Of a stretch of 64,000 nt of DNA, positions 1 to 9,599 are shown one piece after another. A model generated the notes under the pieces. The model did no database searches. It was not told the DNA's origin and saw only the letters and a program-made list of their open reading frames with translations. Within the stretch, counting starts at the first letter, position 1. The number at the start of each line of letters is the position of its first letter. Source of the DNA: Ignisphaera sp. (lineage in GTDB: Archaea > Thermoproteota > Thermoprotei_A > Sulfolobales > Ignisphaeraceae); contig JAWAHS010000001.1 of NCBI GenBank assembly GCA_038889075.1, positions 247,764-311,763 on the forward strand. The letters run 5' to 3'. The position numbers were made by a program, and so were the translations under genes.

Positions 1-356
1 CACTGTTTCTCATCACTATATCCAGGCGATACGTATACTCTAGCCAGAGGTTTTAGATCTCTAGCTCTATAACCAGTCTCTTCCTCAAGCTCTCTAAGTG
101 CAGCATCCTGTGGACTTTCCCCATTATCTATCTTTCCAGCAGGTAGCTCTAAAACCCAGCTATCTATAGCTGCCCTCCACTGTCTAACAAAGATAATATC
201 GTCATTATCTAGTATAGGGAGTATAACAACGGCGTCACCAAAGACTACAAGATCCTTTTCAAAACGATCTTCACCGTACTCTATAATTCTCTTATATAGA
301 GAGACCCGTTTACCTCTACATAAAAATTCGTCGCCCAAGATCTTAACCTCAGGCAA
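1..356 (-). CDS. NUDIX hydrolase (ADP-ribose pyrophosphatase-like), runs off the window edge
   Basis: Reverse strand reads ...WVLELPAGKIDNGESPQDAALRELEEETGY, a complete Nudix box; TTG start at 356 with GGTGA upstream. Confidence 0.85.
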   Translation of the reverse strand, partial: MPEVKILGDEFLCRGKRVSLYKRIIEYGEDRFEKDLVVFGDAVVILPILDNDDIIFVRQWRAAIDSWVLELPAGKIDNGESPQDAALRELEEETGYRARDLKPLARVYVSPGYSDEKQ

Positions 357-509
357 ATAGCTTCACCACAGTAAACTAGAGAGTAGATGTTTAAAGGTAT
401 AGTAGTTCAAATATTATCTCCAGAGCAGTTAAGGTTACCCTAGTAACTAGCTTTGCATGTGGTGAAAAAGTTTTTTACTAGTCCTCTAGTCTCAAGCTAT
501 AGTACAGAT

Positions 510-558
510 ATGATGATGGTTAGATAAACTGAAAAATGATGAGCGGTTTCTGGTCTGA
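510..558 (+). ncRNA. Box C/D 2'-O-methylation guide sRNA
   Basis: ATGATGA (C, 510-516), 12-nt guide, CTGA (D', 529-532), AAA, ATGATGA (C', 536-542), 12-nt guide, CTGA (D, 555-558); all four boxes are consensus, spacing is canonical, and the site is intergenic. Confidence 0.9.
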
Positions 559-571
559 TAAGATAGTATCG

Positions 572-1975
572 CTAGCTACTGGTTTCTCCAGACCTTACGA
601 CAGACTCTACGGTTTTGCATACCTCTCTTAGACACTCCTGGAACTCATCATATGTAATTGCATGTGGATTTGACCCCCGTCTCCAAACGTATATTCTATA
701 TCTATATCCACCATTTATAGGCTTGGTTAATCTAAACCTTAGCACCACATCTGAAATTGTCGAGAATATGTTGTGCAACTCTTCATTTATATATGATGCT
801 ATTCGAATAACTAATAAACTCTGTTTTCGGAAGGCATTTAACTGGTTATATAGTATTGGTATAAATGTGCTCTTAGGTTCTACTAATGCTGGTAGTTCAG
901 CACCGTGGAAGATGATAGCATCTATAGTTGGCGTTCTTCTAATTAGGGCTAGCTCTTCTGAGAATAGTCTATAGATACCATATGCAAATGGGTTATAGCT
1001 TTTCACAATGATATTTTCTCTTATAAATTTCTCTATAGCATCTCTATTTGGTGCTGTACTAAACGTTGTATATGTTCTTCCAAGTATATCGATGACTGTT
1101 TCTGGAGAATATCTATAGCTTACTGCAACGGCCCTTAGATTGTTCACAGCTAATATACCGAGTAGTAGAAGGGTGTAATCGGCAATCCTTGCATGTGCTG
1201 GATGTTCGATATACACTATGTGGCCTTTATGTAGATGTCCCCAGAGTTTTTCTAGAAGCCTACAAGGCAGTCTAAGCTCGATTTCTTGAGGTAGTATCTC
1301 CTCTAATAGTGGAGGCATCCATACCTCCAATCCAACATTCTGAGATATCGAGAATGGTATCTCAGCCAGTGTTATTAGAGCTCCTCTAGCCTTCCTAATT
1401 TCAATAATTCTATTCAATATTCCTCTTACTACCTGGTGCTTGAGAATAAATATCGCATCACTTACAAATTCTACTGAACCAAGCTCAATCTTCTCTTCAC
1501 CATATGGAACTTCAGCTATCAAAATCGTGATGCCATCAATACTTTTAGACATCTCATAGAAATAGTTCTGCAACCACGCCCTCTTAGCATCGTCCTTTAC
1601 AGATTGAAGAAGGGCATTTATAGAATCAATGATCACTATACTAGGTTTATATTCTAATAGAACTCCCGAAATGCTCTCAATACCATTTATATCTAGTACA
1701 ATAGGCAGTTTAATAAATCTCAATAATCCTCTTAATTCAACATCCTCGAGATCTATTCTAAGCCTCTTCATTACTCTGAATAGTTTTTCTTTTGTTTCTT
1801 GGAGGGATATGTAGAGGCATCTATATCCCCTTACAGCATTTGCATAGCATATAGTTGAAGCAAGGGTAGTCTTACCTGAGCCGGGATGGCCAGCAATAAC
1901 AATCATCGAACCGGGATGGAGAACATCACCATAGAATTTATCAAGATCATCGATACCAAATACATATTGGTTCAT
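572..1975 (-). CDS. KaiC/RecA-superfamily ATPase with degenerate second domain
   Basis: Walker A GHPGSGKT, Walker B IVIIDS, R.IEIRKARG motif; the C-terminal half lacks an intact P-loop. Confidence 0.8.
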   Translation of the reverse strand: MNQYVFGIDDLDKFYGDVLHPGSMIVIAGHPGSGKTTLASTICYANAVRGYRCLYISLQETKEKLFRVMKRLRIDLEDVELRGLLRFIKLPIVLDINGIESISGVLLEYKPSIVIIDSINALLQSVKDDAKRAWLQNYFYEMSKSIDGITILIAEVPYGEEKIELGSVEFVSDAIFILKHQVVRGILNRIIEIRKARGALITLAEIPFSISQNVGLEVWMPPLLEEILPQEIELRLPCRLLEKLWGHLHKGHIVYIEHPAHARIADYTLLLLGILAVNNLRAVAVSYRYSPETVIDILGRTYTTFSTAPNRDAIEKFIRENIIVKSYNPFAYGIYRLFSEELALIRRTPTIDAIIFHGAELPALVEPKSTFIPILYNQLNAFRKQSLLVIRIASYINEELHNIFSTISDVVLRFRLTKPINGGYRYRIYVWRRGSNPHAITYDEFQECLREVCKTVESVVRSGETSS

Positions 1976-2128
1976 GGTATAACGTCCTCAGCGTCCTATC
2001 CTACTCATTATGTTATAGAAACTAGAATTTATATATTTAATCTTTTTAAGGGATAGAAGGCTGGATCCTCACCAGATAGACGACCATTGTAAGAAATTAA
2101 AATATGCCACTAACTAGCCCTAATAGTA

Positions 2129-3487
2129 TCAAGTTTCTATTTTTATTCCGTGGTCTTCTACTTCCTTTACAGCTTTTTTATAGAGTTCTAACCACCATTT
2201 CTGTGGTTCTATGGTCTTCATGTTATAGAGTTCTGGAAATGGTTTACCGATATCCGGTTTCTCCATAGAGTGTGGATAGTACTTCTTTAGAAACACCTTG
2301 ACAATCTCATTAGCATCTCCCCTACTAAATCTTGTAGCAGCATATGCAATCTGAGCCATAAACCTAGCCTCCAAACCACTAGCATTAGGATACTTACCAT
2401 TAGTTGCACAAACTCCCAGAGGGTGGGATCCTGTAACCACATTTACTATAGTATTGGCCACTATTTCATGGAATATTGTGTATGATCCTGCACCATTGCT
2501 AGTCCATACATCGCCCATTAGGATGAAGGTATCCCCTATTGCTTGCCCAGCAATATTGAGGAGCCACATCGTCTCCGGTGTTGTTGTACTTACATATTTT
2601 GGGTGTATCGGATGTATTATATGGTAATCTGAAAAGTAAGCCGCTCTTCCAAGTATGAAGGATGCTATGAATCCTATAGCTACTCCTTCGGGACTTCCTA
2701 GAAAGCCCCCTATTACTGGGTCTACAAGCGTTACATTGAATCCTCCATAAGCTTTAAATGTATAGGCCTTAATTAAACGGTCATAATCGGTCTTCAAATC
2801 ATTCAATATTGGTACTAGATGGGCGTCGCTTCTCCTGAGTAACTCTGGTTTTTGAATAGCTAAATCACCAATACATGAAACACTGCTTTCTCCAGCAAGC
2901 AAATGAATTCCAGGTCTTCCTGCAGATAATGCGGCACTCCTTAAATACATCAATTCATGAATAGCTGCAAGTGCTTCAGCTGGTGATCTAGTCCTTACAT
3001 CTATTCCTTTCACTTGGGCTAATCCACCATGATTTATAGTATCAATTAGTAGCTCCTTCATATAGGATAGCGCCATCTCGTAGTAGAACTCTTCTGGGAT
3101 TGGAGCTCCTGCTTGCCCTCCCATTATTATTGGTTTTCTCTGATCCTCTATCTTTCTAGCATATAGTATTCTGGAATCCCTACCTTCACCAACTATAATC
3201 TCCTTAGGACTAGACTTTATAGCATATTTGAGCTCCTCTTCAGAAAACTTTACAACTCTTCTAGCATCAACAACATACATACCAACATCTAAAGCTAGCT
3301 GAAAACCTGCTTCAAATACAGATTTGGCTAGTGAACTATCTACAGAAACTATATAGTCTCTATCAAAAACAATATCAAACTCCTTCACCAACCTCTTCAC
3401 AGTACTATATATCCTCATATCAAACTCTCTCTCCTCCATAAACACTCCTTCCTCAATACGCTGCAAAACACTATACATCGACAGCAT
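2129..3487 (-). CDS. mtmB: Monomethylamine:corrinoid methyltransferase MtmB-family protein, pyrrolysine-free (copy A)
   Basis: About 452 aa with MtmB-like motifs (AGRPG..., ASGLEARF, GKPFPELY); start placed at ATG 3487 by GAGGTGA RBS and identity with copy B. Confidence 0.75.
   Translation of the reverse strand: MLSMYSVLQRIEEGVFMEEREFDMRIYSTVKRLVKEFDIVFDRDYIVSVDSSLAKSVFEAGFQLALDVGMYVVDARRVVKFSEEELKYAIKSSPKEIIVGEGRDSRILYARKIEDQRKPIIMGGQAGAPIPEEFYYEMALSYMKELLIDTINHGGLAQVKGIDVRTRSPAEALAAIHELMYLRSAALSAGRPGIHLLAGESSVSCIGDLAIQKPELLRRSDAHLVPILNDLKTDYDRLIKAYTFKAYGGFNVTLVDPVIGGFLGSPEGVAIGFIASFILGRAAYFSDYHIIHPIHPKYVSTTTPETMWLLNIAGQAIGDTFILMGDVWTSNGAGSYTIFHEIVANTIVNVVTGSHPLGVCATNGKYPNASGLEARFMAQIAYAATRFSRGDANEIVKVFLKKYYPHSMEKPDIGKPFPELYNMKTIEPQKWWLELYKKAVKEVEDHGIKIET
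2136..2408. repeat. 273-bp perfect inverted repeat, partner at 6645-6917 (3' ends of the two mtmB paralogs)
   Basis: Base-by-base comparison with the reverse complement of 6645-6917. Confidence 0.9.
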
Positions 3488-3494
3488 CGCTATC
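3117..3494. repeat. 378-bp perfect inverted repeat, partner at 5559-5936 (5' ends of the two mtmB paralogs)
   Basis: Identity starts 7 nt upstream of both ATGs (GATAGCG-ATG) and ends at ...ATGGGAGG. Confidence 0.9.
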
Positions 3495-3518
3495 TTCACC
3501 TCTAATAATTTGATACCA

Positions 3519-4208
3519 CTACTTACTAGCTTTTTTCCTTTCCTCAATTAATTTCTTGGCAACGTTAACCGCCTCCTCAAAATGTTCACCATATCCATCA
3601 GCACCTATCTCCTGGGCCCATTCTCTAGTAACAGCTCCTCCACCAACCATAACAATAAATCTTTCACGAAGTCCTCTTTCTTTTAACATTTTAATTACAT
3701 CCTTGACATAGGGAAGGGAGGTGCTCATCAATGCGGAGATAGCTATTATATCAGCACCCGTTTCAATAGCTTTCTTAACAAAGAGATCTACAGGTACATC
3801 CCTTCCCAGATCGATTACATCAAAACCATGGGCTTTTAGCATCATTGCAACGATGTTTTTTCCAAGGTCATGGATGTCGCCTTGTATGGTTCCAATAACC
3901 ACTTTTCCAATTGTTATTTTCTCCTTCTGTGTTGCTGAAATTAGGGGTTCTATATGTTTTAGTGAAGCTTCAAATGCTTCTGCAGCCATCATGACCTCTG
4001 GGAGAAAGATTTCCAGTTTGGCAAATCTATCTCCAACGTTATTCATAGCTGTTATGAGACAATTATTGATAATATCTAAAGGTGGGTAACCAAGGTCTAT
4101 AAGCTTGGTTGTCAATTTACTAGCATTGTCAGCATTTCCGTTCTCGATGGACTCCATCAATTCTAAACATATTTTATCTGCACTTACACTGTTCATCGAA
4201 TGCACCAC
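3519..4208 (-). CDS. Methyltransferase cognate corrinoid protein (MtmC/MtbC-like)
   Basis: B12 cap domain (FLPEVMMAA), DxHxxG motif GDIHDLG, SALMST, VGGG, IGADGY. Confidence 0.92.
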   Translation of the reverse strand: MVHSMNSVSADKICLELMESIENGNADNASKLTTKLIDLGYPPLDIINNCLITAMNNVGDRFAKLEIFLPEVMMAAEAFEASLKHIEPLISATQKEKITIGKVVIGTIQGDIHDLGKNIVAMMLKAHGFDVIDLGRDVPVDLFVKKAIETGADIIAISALMSTSLPYVKDVIKMLKERGLRERFIVMVGGGAVTREWAQEIGADGYGEHFEEAVNVAKKLIEERKKASK

Positions 4209-4403
4209 ATATAGCTATTTGCTATAATAGTTCTTTTTAAATTTTACCTTAAATAATATACCCATTTAAGATGCGGTGCCAACGAAGTTGCGATAGATCG
4301 CCTATCTTACAATATTTATGTAAAAAATACCATGTGTGTGTAAACGAGAGTTTATATATACCTATTATATGTATGTAAAATCCAAAATAGATCTACCTTA
4401 GAG

Positions 4404-5552
4404 GTGATTTATGTGGTTAATATTACTCTCAAACTCGCCTTAACTGCAGTAGTCTTACTAATAGTAGGACTGTTAGCTGGATATGGAATTGGAATGCAAT
4501 CCACTAAGAGCACACAGTTACCCGTAACATACACTACAACACTAACCAATACTATTACTATAACATACACTACAACATCTACAGTGACCATTGCTACCCC
4601 AACAATACCATCTGTAAAAGGACTTAAGGTTGCTGCTATATATGTTACACCCCTTGAAGAGCCGTGGAATACGGTGTTGCATACTGCATTAAGTTGGGCT
4701 AGGGAAAAATATGGTATTGATTATAGATACGTTGAAAAAGTTTCTGAGGCAGATGTTGAAAGTGTTATGAGGAGTTTAATTAATGCAGGTTATAGGGTGA
4801 TATTTGCCCATAGCTGGGGTTATAATGAGGTTACGAGAAAGATAGCTCGTGAATATCCTGATGTATTCTTCTTACAAGGCTCAGGCCCTGTTGATGTTGA
4901 CTGGCCATCCAATGTACTAGTCTACGACTACTATATCCAGGATGCAGCTTTTGTAGCAGGTGCTCTTGCAGGGTTATTAACAAAGAGTAATGTAATAGGA
5001 GTTGTAGCAGCATTTCCTGTTGAAGATGTTAATATACTAGTGAACGCTTTTATAGCAGGTGCCAGATATGTCAATCCAAATGTTAAACCTATTGTAACAT
5101 ATATTGAGAGCTGGTTCGATCCTGTGAAAGGACGTGAAGCAGCTGCAGCTCAAATAGCAGCAGGAGCGGACTTCATATATGCCGAAAGATATGGTGTTTT
5201 TGAAGCATGTTTAGATGCTATGAAATCAGGAAGAACTGTATATGCATTTGGAAATGTAGTTGATCAAAATGAGCTAGCACCAGATGTGGTGCTTGGAAGT
5301 GTTGCATGGGATCTCAAATCCTTTGTCGAATATGTTATAACAAACTATGTTGATGGTAGATTAGAGGGTGGGAAGATAATTATGTGGGGTATGAAAGAGG
5401 AGTGGGCAAAGTTTATATGGAATGAAAAGCTAAAGATTCAAATCCCAGAAGACGTTTTACAGAGAGTTTACGGAATAGAGTACATGATAATCAAGGGCGA
5501 GCTAGAAGTTCCAGTATATAGAGATTGGAATCCAAAGAGATGGGGTATCTAA
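4404..5552 (+). CDS. BMP-family ABC transporter substrate-binding protein (nucleoside/purine type)
   Basis: N-terminal membrane anchor and Thr-rich linker; BMP motifs (GALAGLLTKSNVIGVV, NAFIAGARYVNP, SWFDP). Confidence 0.85.
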   Translation: MIYVVNITLKLALTAVVLLIVGLLAGYGIGMQSTKSTQLPVTYTTTLTNTITITYTTTSTVTIATPTIPSVKGLKVAAIYVTPLEEPWNTVLHTALSWAREKYGIDYRYVEKVSEADVESVMRSLINAGYRVIFAHSWGYNEVTRKIAREYPDVFFLQGSGPVDVDWPSNVLVYDYYIQDAAFVAGALAGLLTKSNVIGVVAAFPVEDVNILVNAFIAGARYVNPNVKPIVTYIESWFDPVKGREAAAAQIAAGADFIYAERYGVFEACLDAMKSGRTVYAFGNVVDQNELAPDVVLGSVAWDLKSFVEYVITNYVDGRLEGGKIIMWGMKEEWAKFIWNEKLKIQIPEDVLQRVYGIEYMIIKGELEVPVYRDWNPKRWGI

Positions 5553-5565
5553 GGGCTGGATAGCG

Positions 5566-6930
5566 ATGCTGTCGATGTATAGTGTTTTGCAGCGTATTGA
5601 GGAAGGAGTGTTTATGGAGGAGAGAGAGTTTGATATGAGGATATATAGTACTGTGAAGAGGTTGGTGAAGGAGTTTGATATTGTTTTTGATAGAGACTAT
5701 ATAGTTTCTGTAGATAGTTCACTAGCCAAATCTGTATTTGAAGCAGGTTTTCAGCTAGCTTTAGATGTTGGTATGTATGTTGTTGATGCTAGAAGAGTTG
5801 TAAAGTTTTCTGAAGAGGAGCTCAAATATGCTATAAAGTCTAGTCCTAAGGAGATTATAGTTGGTGAAGGTAGGGATTCCAGAATACTATATGCTAGAAA
5901 GATAGAGGATCAGAGAAAACCAATAATAATGGGAGGACAGTCTGGTGCACCTATACCCGAGGAATTTTACTACGAGATGGCACTATCCTATGCAATAGAA
6001 TCCTATGTAGATATACTATCCGTCGGAGGGCTTGCAAAGATAAGGGGAATAGATGTAAGGACTAGATCACCAGCCGAGGTTCTAGCAACTTTTCTAGAGC
6101 TATCATATCTTAGAATGGCTATACAAGCAGCAGGAAGACCCGGTATGCCAATTAAGGCCGGGGAAAGCAGTGTTTCAGCGCTAGGGGATCTAGCAATATT
6201 GGGAATGCTTAGAAAGACCGATGCACATCTAGTGGCACTGCTCAATGATTTGAAGACCGATTATGATAGACTAGCAAAAGCATTTGCATTCAAACAGTAT
6301 GGAGGTATAAACATAGCCTTAATAGATCCTGTTATCGGCGGCTTCCTAGGGGGTCCTGAGGGCGTAGTCGTAGGTTTAGTAGCTTCCAACATACTCTCCA
6401 AGATAATCTACATGGCTGATTTCATAATAAATCATCCGATACACCCAAAATATGTAAGTACAACAACACCAGAGACGATGTGGGTTTTGAGTACAATAGG
6501 ACAGACAATGGCCCACAATACCGACTTTATAGTAGTAGGCGATGTATGGACTAGCAATGGTGCAGGATCATACACAATATTCCATGAGATGGTCCCTGTC
6601 ACCATTTCCAATACTGTGTCAGGCCTTCATCTATGCGGCGTCGTTGCAACTAATGGTAAGTATCCTAATGCTAGTGGTTTGGAGGCTAGGTTTATGGCTC
6701 AGATTGCATATGCTGCTACAAGATTTAGTAGGGGAGATGCTAATGAGATTGTCAAGGTGTTTCTAAAGAAGTACTATCCACACTCTATGGAGAAACCGGA
6801 TATCGGTAAACCATTTCCAGAACTCTATAACATGAAGACCATAGAACCACAGAAATGGTGGTTAGAACTCTATAAAAAAGCTGTAAAGGAAGTAGAAGAC
6901 CACGGAATAAAAATAGAGACGTTCGAATAA
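5566..6930 (+). CDS. mtmB: MtmB-family methyltransferase, pyrrolysine-free (copy B)
   Basis: 454 aa paralog of 2129-3487; AGRPGMPIKAGESS at the position of the Pyl motif. Confidence 0.75.
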   Translation: MLSMYSVLQRIEEGVFMEEREFDMRIYSTVKRLVKEFDIVFDRDYIVSVDSSLAKSVFEAGFQLALDVGMYVVDARRVVKFSEEELKYAIKSSPKEIIVGEGRDSRILYARKIEDQRKPIIMGGQSGAPIPEEFYYEMALSYAIESYVDILSVGGLAKIRGIDVRTRSPAEVLATFLELSYLRMAIQAAGRPGMPIKAGESSVSALGDLAILGMLRKTDAHLVALLNDLKTDYDRLAKAFAFKQYGGINIALIDPVIGGFLGGPEGVVVGLVASNILSKIIYMADFIINHPIHPKYVSTTTPETMWVLSTIGQTMAHNTDFIVVGDVWTSNGAGSYTIFHEMVPVTISNTVSGLHLCGVVATNGKYPNASGLEARFMAQIAYAATRFSRGDANEIVKVFLKKYYPHSMEKPDIGKPFPELYNMKTIEPQKWWLELYKKAVKEVEDHGIKIETFE

Positions 6931-6945
6931 GGGTTTTGATTAAAA

Positions 6946-8538
6946 ATGAATGCAATTTTTTCCCTTATGAAATCATCTTTACATACTCCTTTATTTATCG
7001 AGATGAGGGGTATAACTAAGATATATCTAAATAGAATACCAGCGCTAATAGATGTGGATTTCGATGTGAAGCCTTGTGAGGTGCATTGTGTAGTAGGGGA
7101 GAATGGTGCAGGTAAATCAACACTTATGAAGATTTTAGCAGGCGTCCTGAAGCCTACTAAAGGGGAGGTTCTGGTAAATGGTAAACACGTAGCATTTAGT
7201 TCACCTACCGATGCTCAGAGGTATGGTATCGGCATGGTTCACCAGCTATTTAATCTGGTTGAAAATCTTACGGTAGTGGATAATGTATTGCTACTTCTCC
7301 CACTATCTCTAAGGGAAAAGCTGTGGATTAATAGGAGGAGATTTGCTATAGATTTTAAGCAATTTTCTGAAAGGATCGGTCTGCCGATGGATCCCTTTGC
7401 TAAAGTTGGATCCCTTTCTGCTGGTTTAAAGCAAAGGCTTGAGATACTAAGGCTTCTCTATCTAGGATTCAGAGTTTTGATATTTGATGAACCCACATCT
7501 ATGCTGACTCCCATAGAGGCTGAAGAACTGTATAGATTTGTTAGAAATGCAAAGAGTAGTGGGATATCTATTATATGGGTGACACATAGATTAAATGAAG
7601 TGAATAGTATATGCGATAGGGTTACTGTTTTAAGAAAAGGTAAGGTAGTGAAACACCTTGCTGAAGAGGATATGCAACGGGGTATAGAATTAGCTGAGCT
7701 TGCATACTATATGGTTGGAGAAAATGGTTTAGAACATCTCCATAAAGTTGGGCACCGCGATTCTAAACTGCAATCCAACAAACCAATCCTTAGGATAGAA
7801 AATGCTGTGATTAAGGATGAACACAATGGTATTAAAATTAAGAACATAAATTTAGAGCTATATAGAGGAGAAATTCTAGGTATAGCAGGAGTCAGTGGTA
7901 ATGGACAGAAAGAGCTTGTAGAAGGATTGTTAGGGTATAGACCACTTGAAAAGGGTAAAATCACATTTGATGGCGTAGACGTAACTTTTATGGGTGTTAG
8001 CGAACGGCTGAAAATGGGTATAGCATACATTCCTGCGGAGAGATTAGAAAGAGGCGTTGCAGAAGATCTTAGTATTGTAGAGAACATGTATACGTACTGG
8101 ATTAACGCTATAGATAGTTTTAGAAAGCAACATCTCTTGAAGAAGAAGCTTCTCTACAATACAGCAGTAAATTTAATTAAAGAATATGATATCAGGACAG
8201 CTGATCCTAACTTTCCTGTAAAAACACTATCGGGAGGCAATATACAGAAACTTATTTTAGCACGAATATTTCAGAACCCCTATATAAAGGTTGTAATTGC
8301 TGAAGAACCTACTGCTGGTCTAGATGTAAAGACAACTAGATTTGTTCACAGAAAGATTATTGAGGCAAGTAGACAAGGAGTATCGTTCATAGTATTTTCC
8401 TCGGAATTAGATGAGTTGCTTAATTTGTCGGATAGGCTGGCTGTAATGTATGATGGGAGAATAACGAGGATATACGACTGTGTGGATACAATCAATATTA
8501 ATGAATTGAGTAGATATATGATGGGGTTGGATGGTTGA
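6946..8538 (+). CDS. ABC transporter ATP-binding protein, two NBDs (CUT2/nucleoside type)
   Basis: GENGAGKST, FDEPT, second domain GVSGNGQ and LSGGNIQK. Confidence 0.92.
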   Translation: MNAIFSLMKSSLHTPLFIEMRGITKIYLNRIPALIDVDFDVKPCEVHCVVGENGAGKSTLMKILAGVLKPTKGEVLVNGKHVAFSSPTDAQRYGIGMVHQLFNLVENLTVVDNVLLLLPLSLREKLWINRRRFAIDFKQFSERIGLPMDPFAKVGSLSAGLKQRLEILRLLYLGFRVLIFDEPTSMLTPIEAEELYRFVRNAKSSGISIIWVTHRLNEVNSICDRVTVLRKGKVVKHLAEEDMQRGIELAELAYYMVGENGLEHLHKVGHRDSKLQSNKPILRIENAVIKDEHNGIKIKNINLELYRGEILGIAGVSGNGQKELVEGLLGYRPLEKGKITFDGVDVTFMGVSERLKMGIAYIPAERLERGVAEDLSIVENMYTYWINAIDSFRKQHLLKKKLLYNTAVNLIKEYDIRTADPNFPVKTLSGGNIQKLILARIFQNPYIKVVIAEEPTAGLDVKTTRFVHRKIIEASRQGVSFIVFSSELDELLNLSDRLAVMYDGRITRIYDCVDTININELSRYMMGLDG

Positions 8539-9599
8539 TTAAACAGATGGTTACTATCAAGATTGTTAATGTTGTATCCTTTTTCTTAGGATTCTCCATA
8601 CTCTTACTATTCACCGTGTTACTTTTTCTAGTCGCAGGTCTGGATCCCCTTACTTCGATACATCTTCTATTCTATTACGGATTTGGTTCTCCTAATTATC
8701 TCGTTGAGGCTCTATTGAGGAGTGTTCCCCTATTACTCATAAGTCTAGGACTAATGTTCACCTTCATAGCCGGTGTATGGAATATAGGTGCTGAAGGTCA
8801 ATTCTGTATAGGTGCAATAGTTGCTGCCTCCATTGCACTATATACAGCTTGGATGCCCTTTCCCATACCTCTAATCCTAGCTACCATTGGAGGAGGTCTG
8901 GGTGGAGCCCTCTATGCTCTAGTACCAGCTTATCTACGTGCAGTTAGAAACATAAATGAAGTTCTTACATCGCTAATGTTGAACTATATCGCAATCTATT
9001 TTGTGAGCTATCTAATACTTGGTCCACTAAGAAATCCTACAACAAATTTTGCTGAAACACCACCAATACCTGAAACAGCAATAGCACCTCGAATCCTATC
9101 GGGTTACAGATTGAATTATCTTTCAATTTTAGCATTTACATTAATTCCAATTACATTGATAGTACTTAGCAAAACTGGTTTTGGAATGTCCATCAGATTC
9201 ATGGGCCAGAATCCCATAGCTGCAGACTTTATAGCCATTGATAGGAAAAGGCTTATTTTAAGAACAATGTTTATTAGTGGTTTTCTAGCTGGTTTAGCAG
9301 CTGCCCATGAAGTTTTAGGTGTTGTCCATGCCGTTAGGCAAGGGATATCCTCTAGCTATGGCTACATCTCAATTGGTATAGCTTATTTCGGTGGACTACA
9401 TCCTATAGGGATATTTCTTGTATCACTCCTTGCAGCAGGTATAATTAATGGCACTAGATTGATTTGCTTCTTTTTGGGAATCCCCATAGGACTATCCGAT
9501 ATTCTATTTGGTGCTCTACCTATATTTGTGTTCATATCAAATAGAGTTGTAGAGAGACTGATAGTTAACAGATTAATATATGGTAGGGGGGTGCAGTAA
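8535..9599 (+). CDS. ABC transporter permease (nucleoside type)
   Basis: Multi-TM; WNIGAEGQ and NEVLTSLMLNYIA motifs. Confidence 0.9.
   Translation: MIKQMVTIKIVNVVSFFLGFSILLLFTVLLFLVAGLDPLTSIHLLFYYGFGSPNYLVEALLRSVPLLLISLGLMFTFIAGVWNIGAEGQFCIGAIVAASIALYTAWMPFPIPLILATIGGGLGGALYALVPAYLRAVRNINEVLTSLMLNYIAIYFVSYLILGPLRNPTTNFAETPPIPETAIAPRILSGYRLNYLSILAFTLIPITLIVLSKTGFGMSIRFMGQNPIAADFIAIDRKRLILRTMFISGFLAGLAAAHEVLGVVHAVRQGISSSYGYISIGIAYFGGLHPIGIFLVSLLAAGIINGTRLICFFLGIPIGLSDILFGALPIFVFISNRVVERLIVNRLIYGRGVQ

Noticed and set aside
4500-4610. Low-complexity ACT/ACA-rich stretch resembling a tandem repeat
   Set aside because: It encodes the ordinary Thr-rich linker of an archaeal membrane-anchored binding protein
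2129-6930. Possible in-frame TAG (pyrrolysine) readthrough in the mtmB genes
   Set aside because: Both ORFs are uninterrupted, the Pyl-equivalent codons are AAG and CTT, and no pyl genes are in the window
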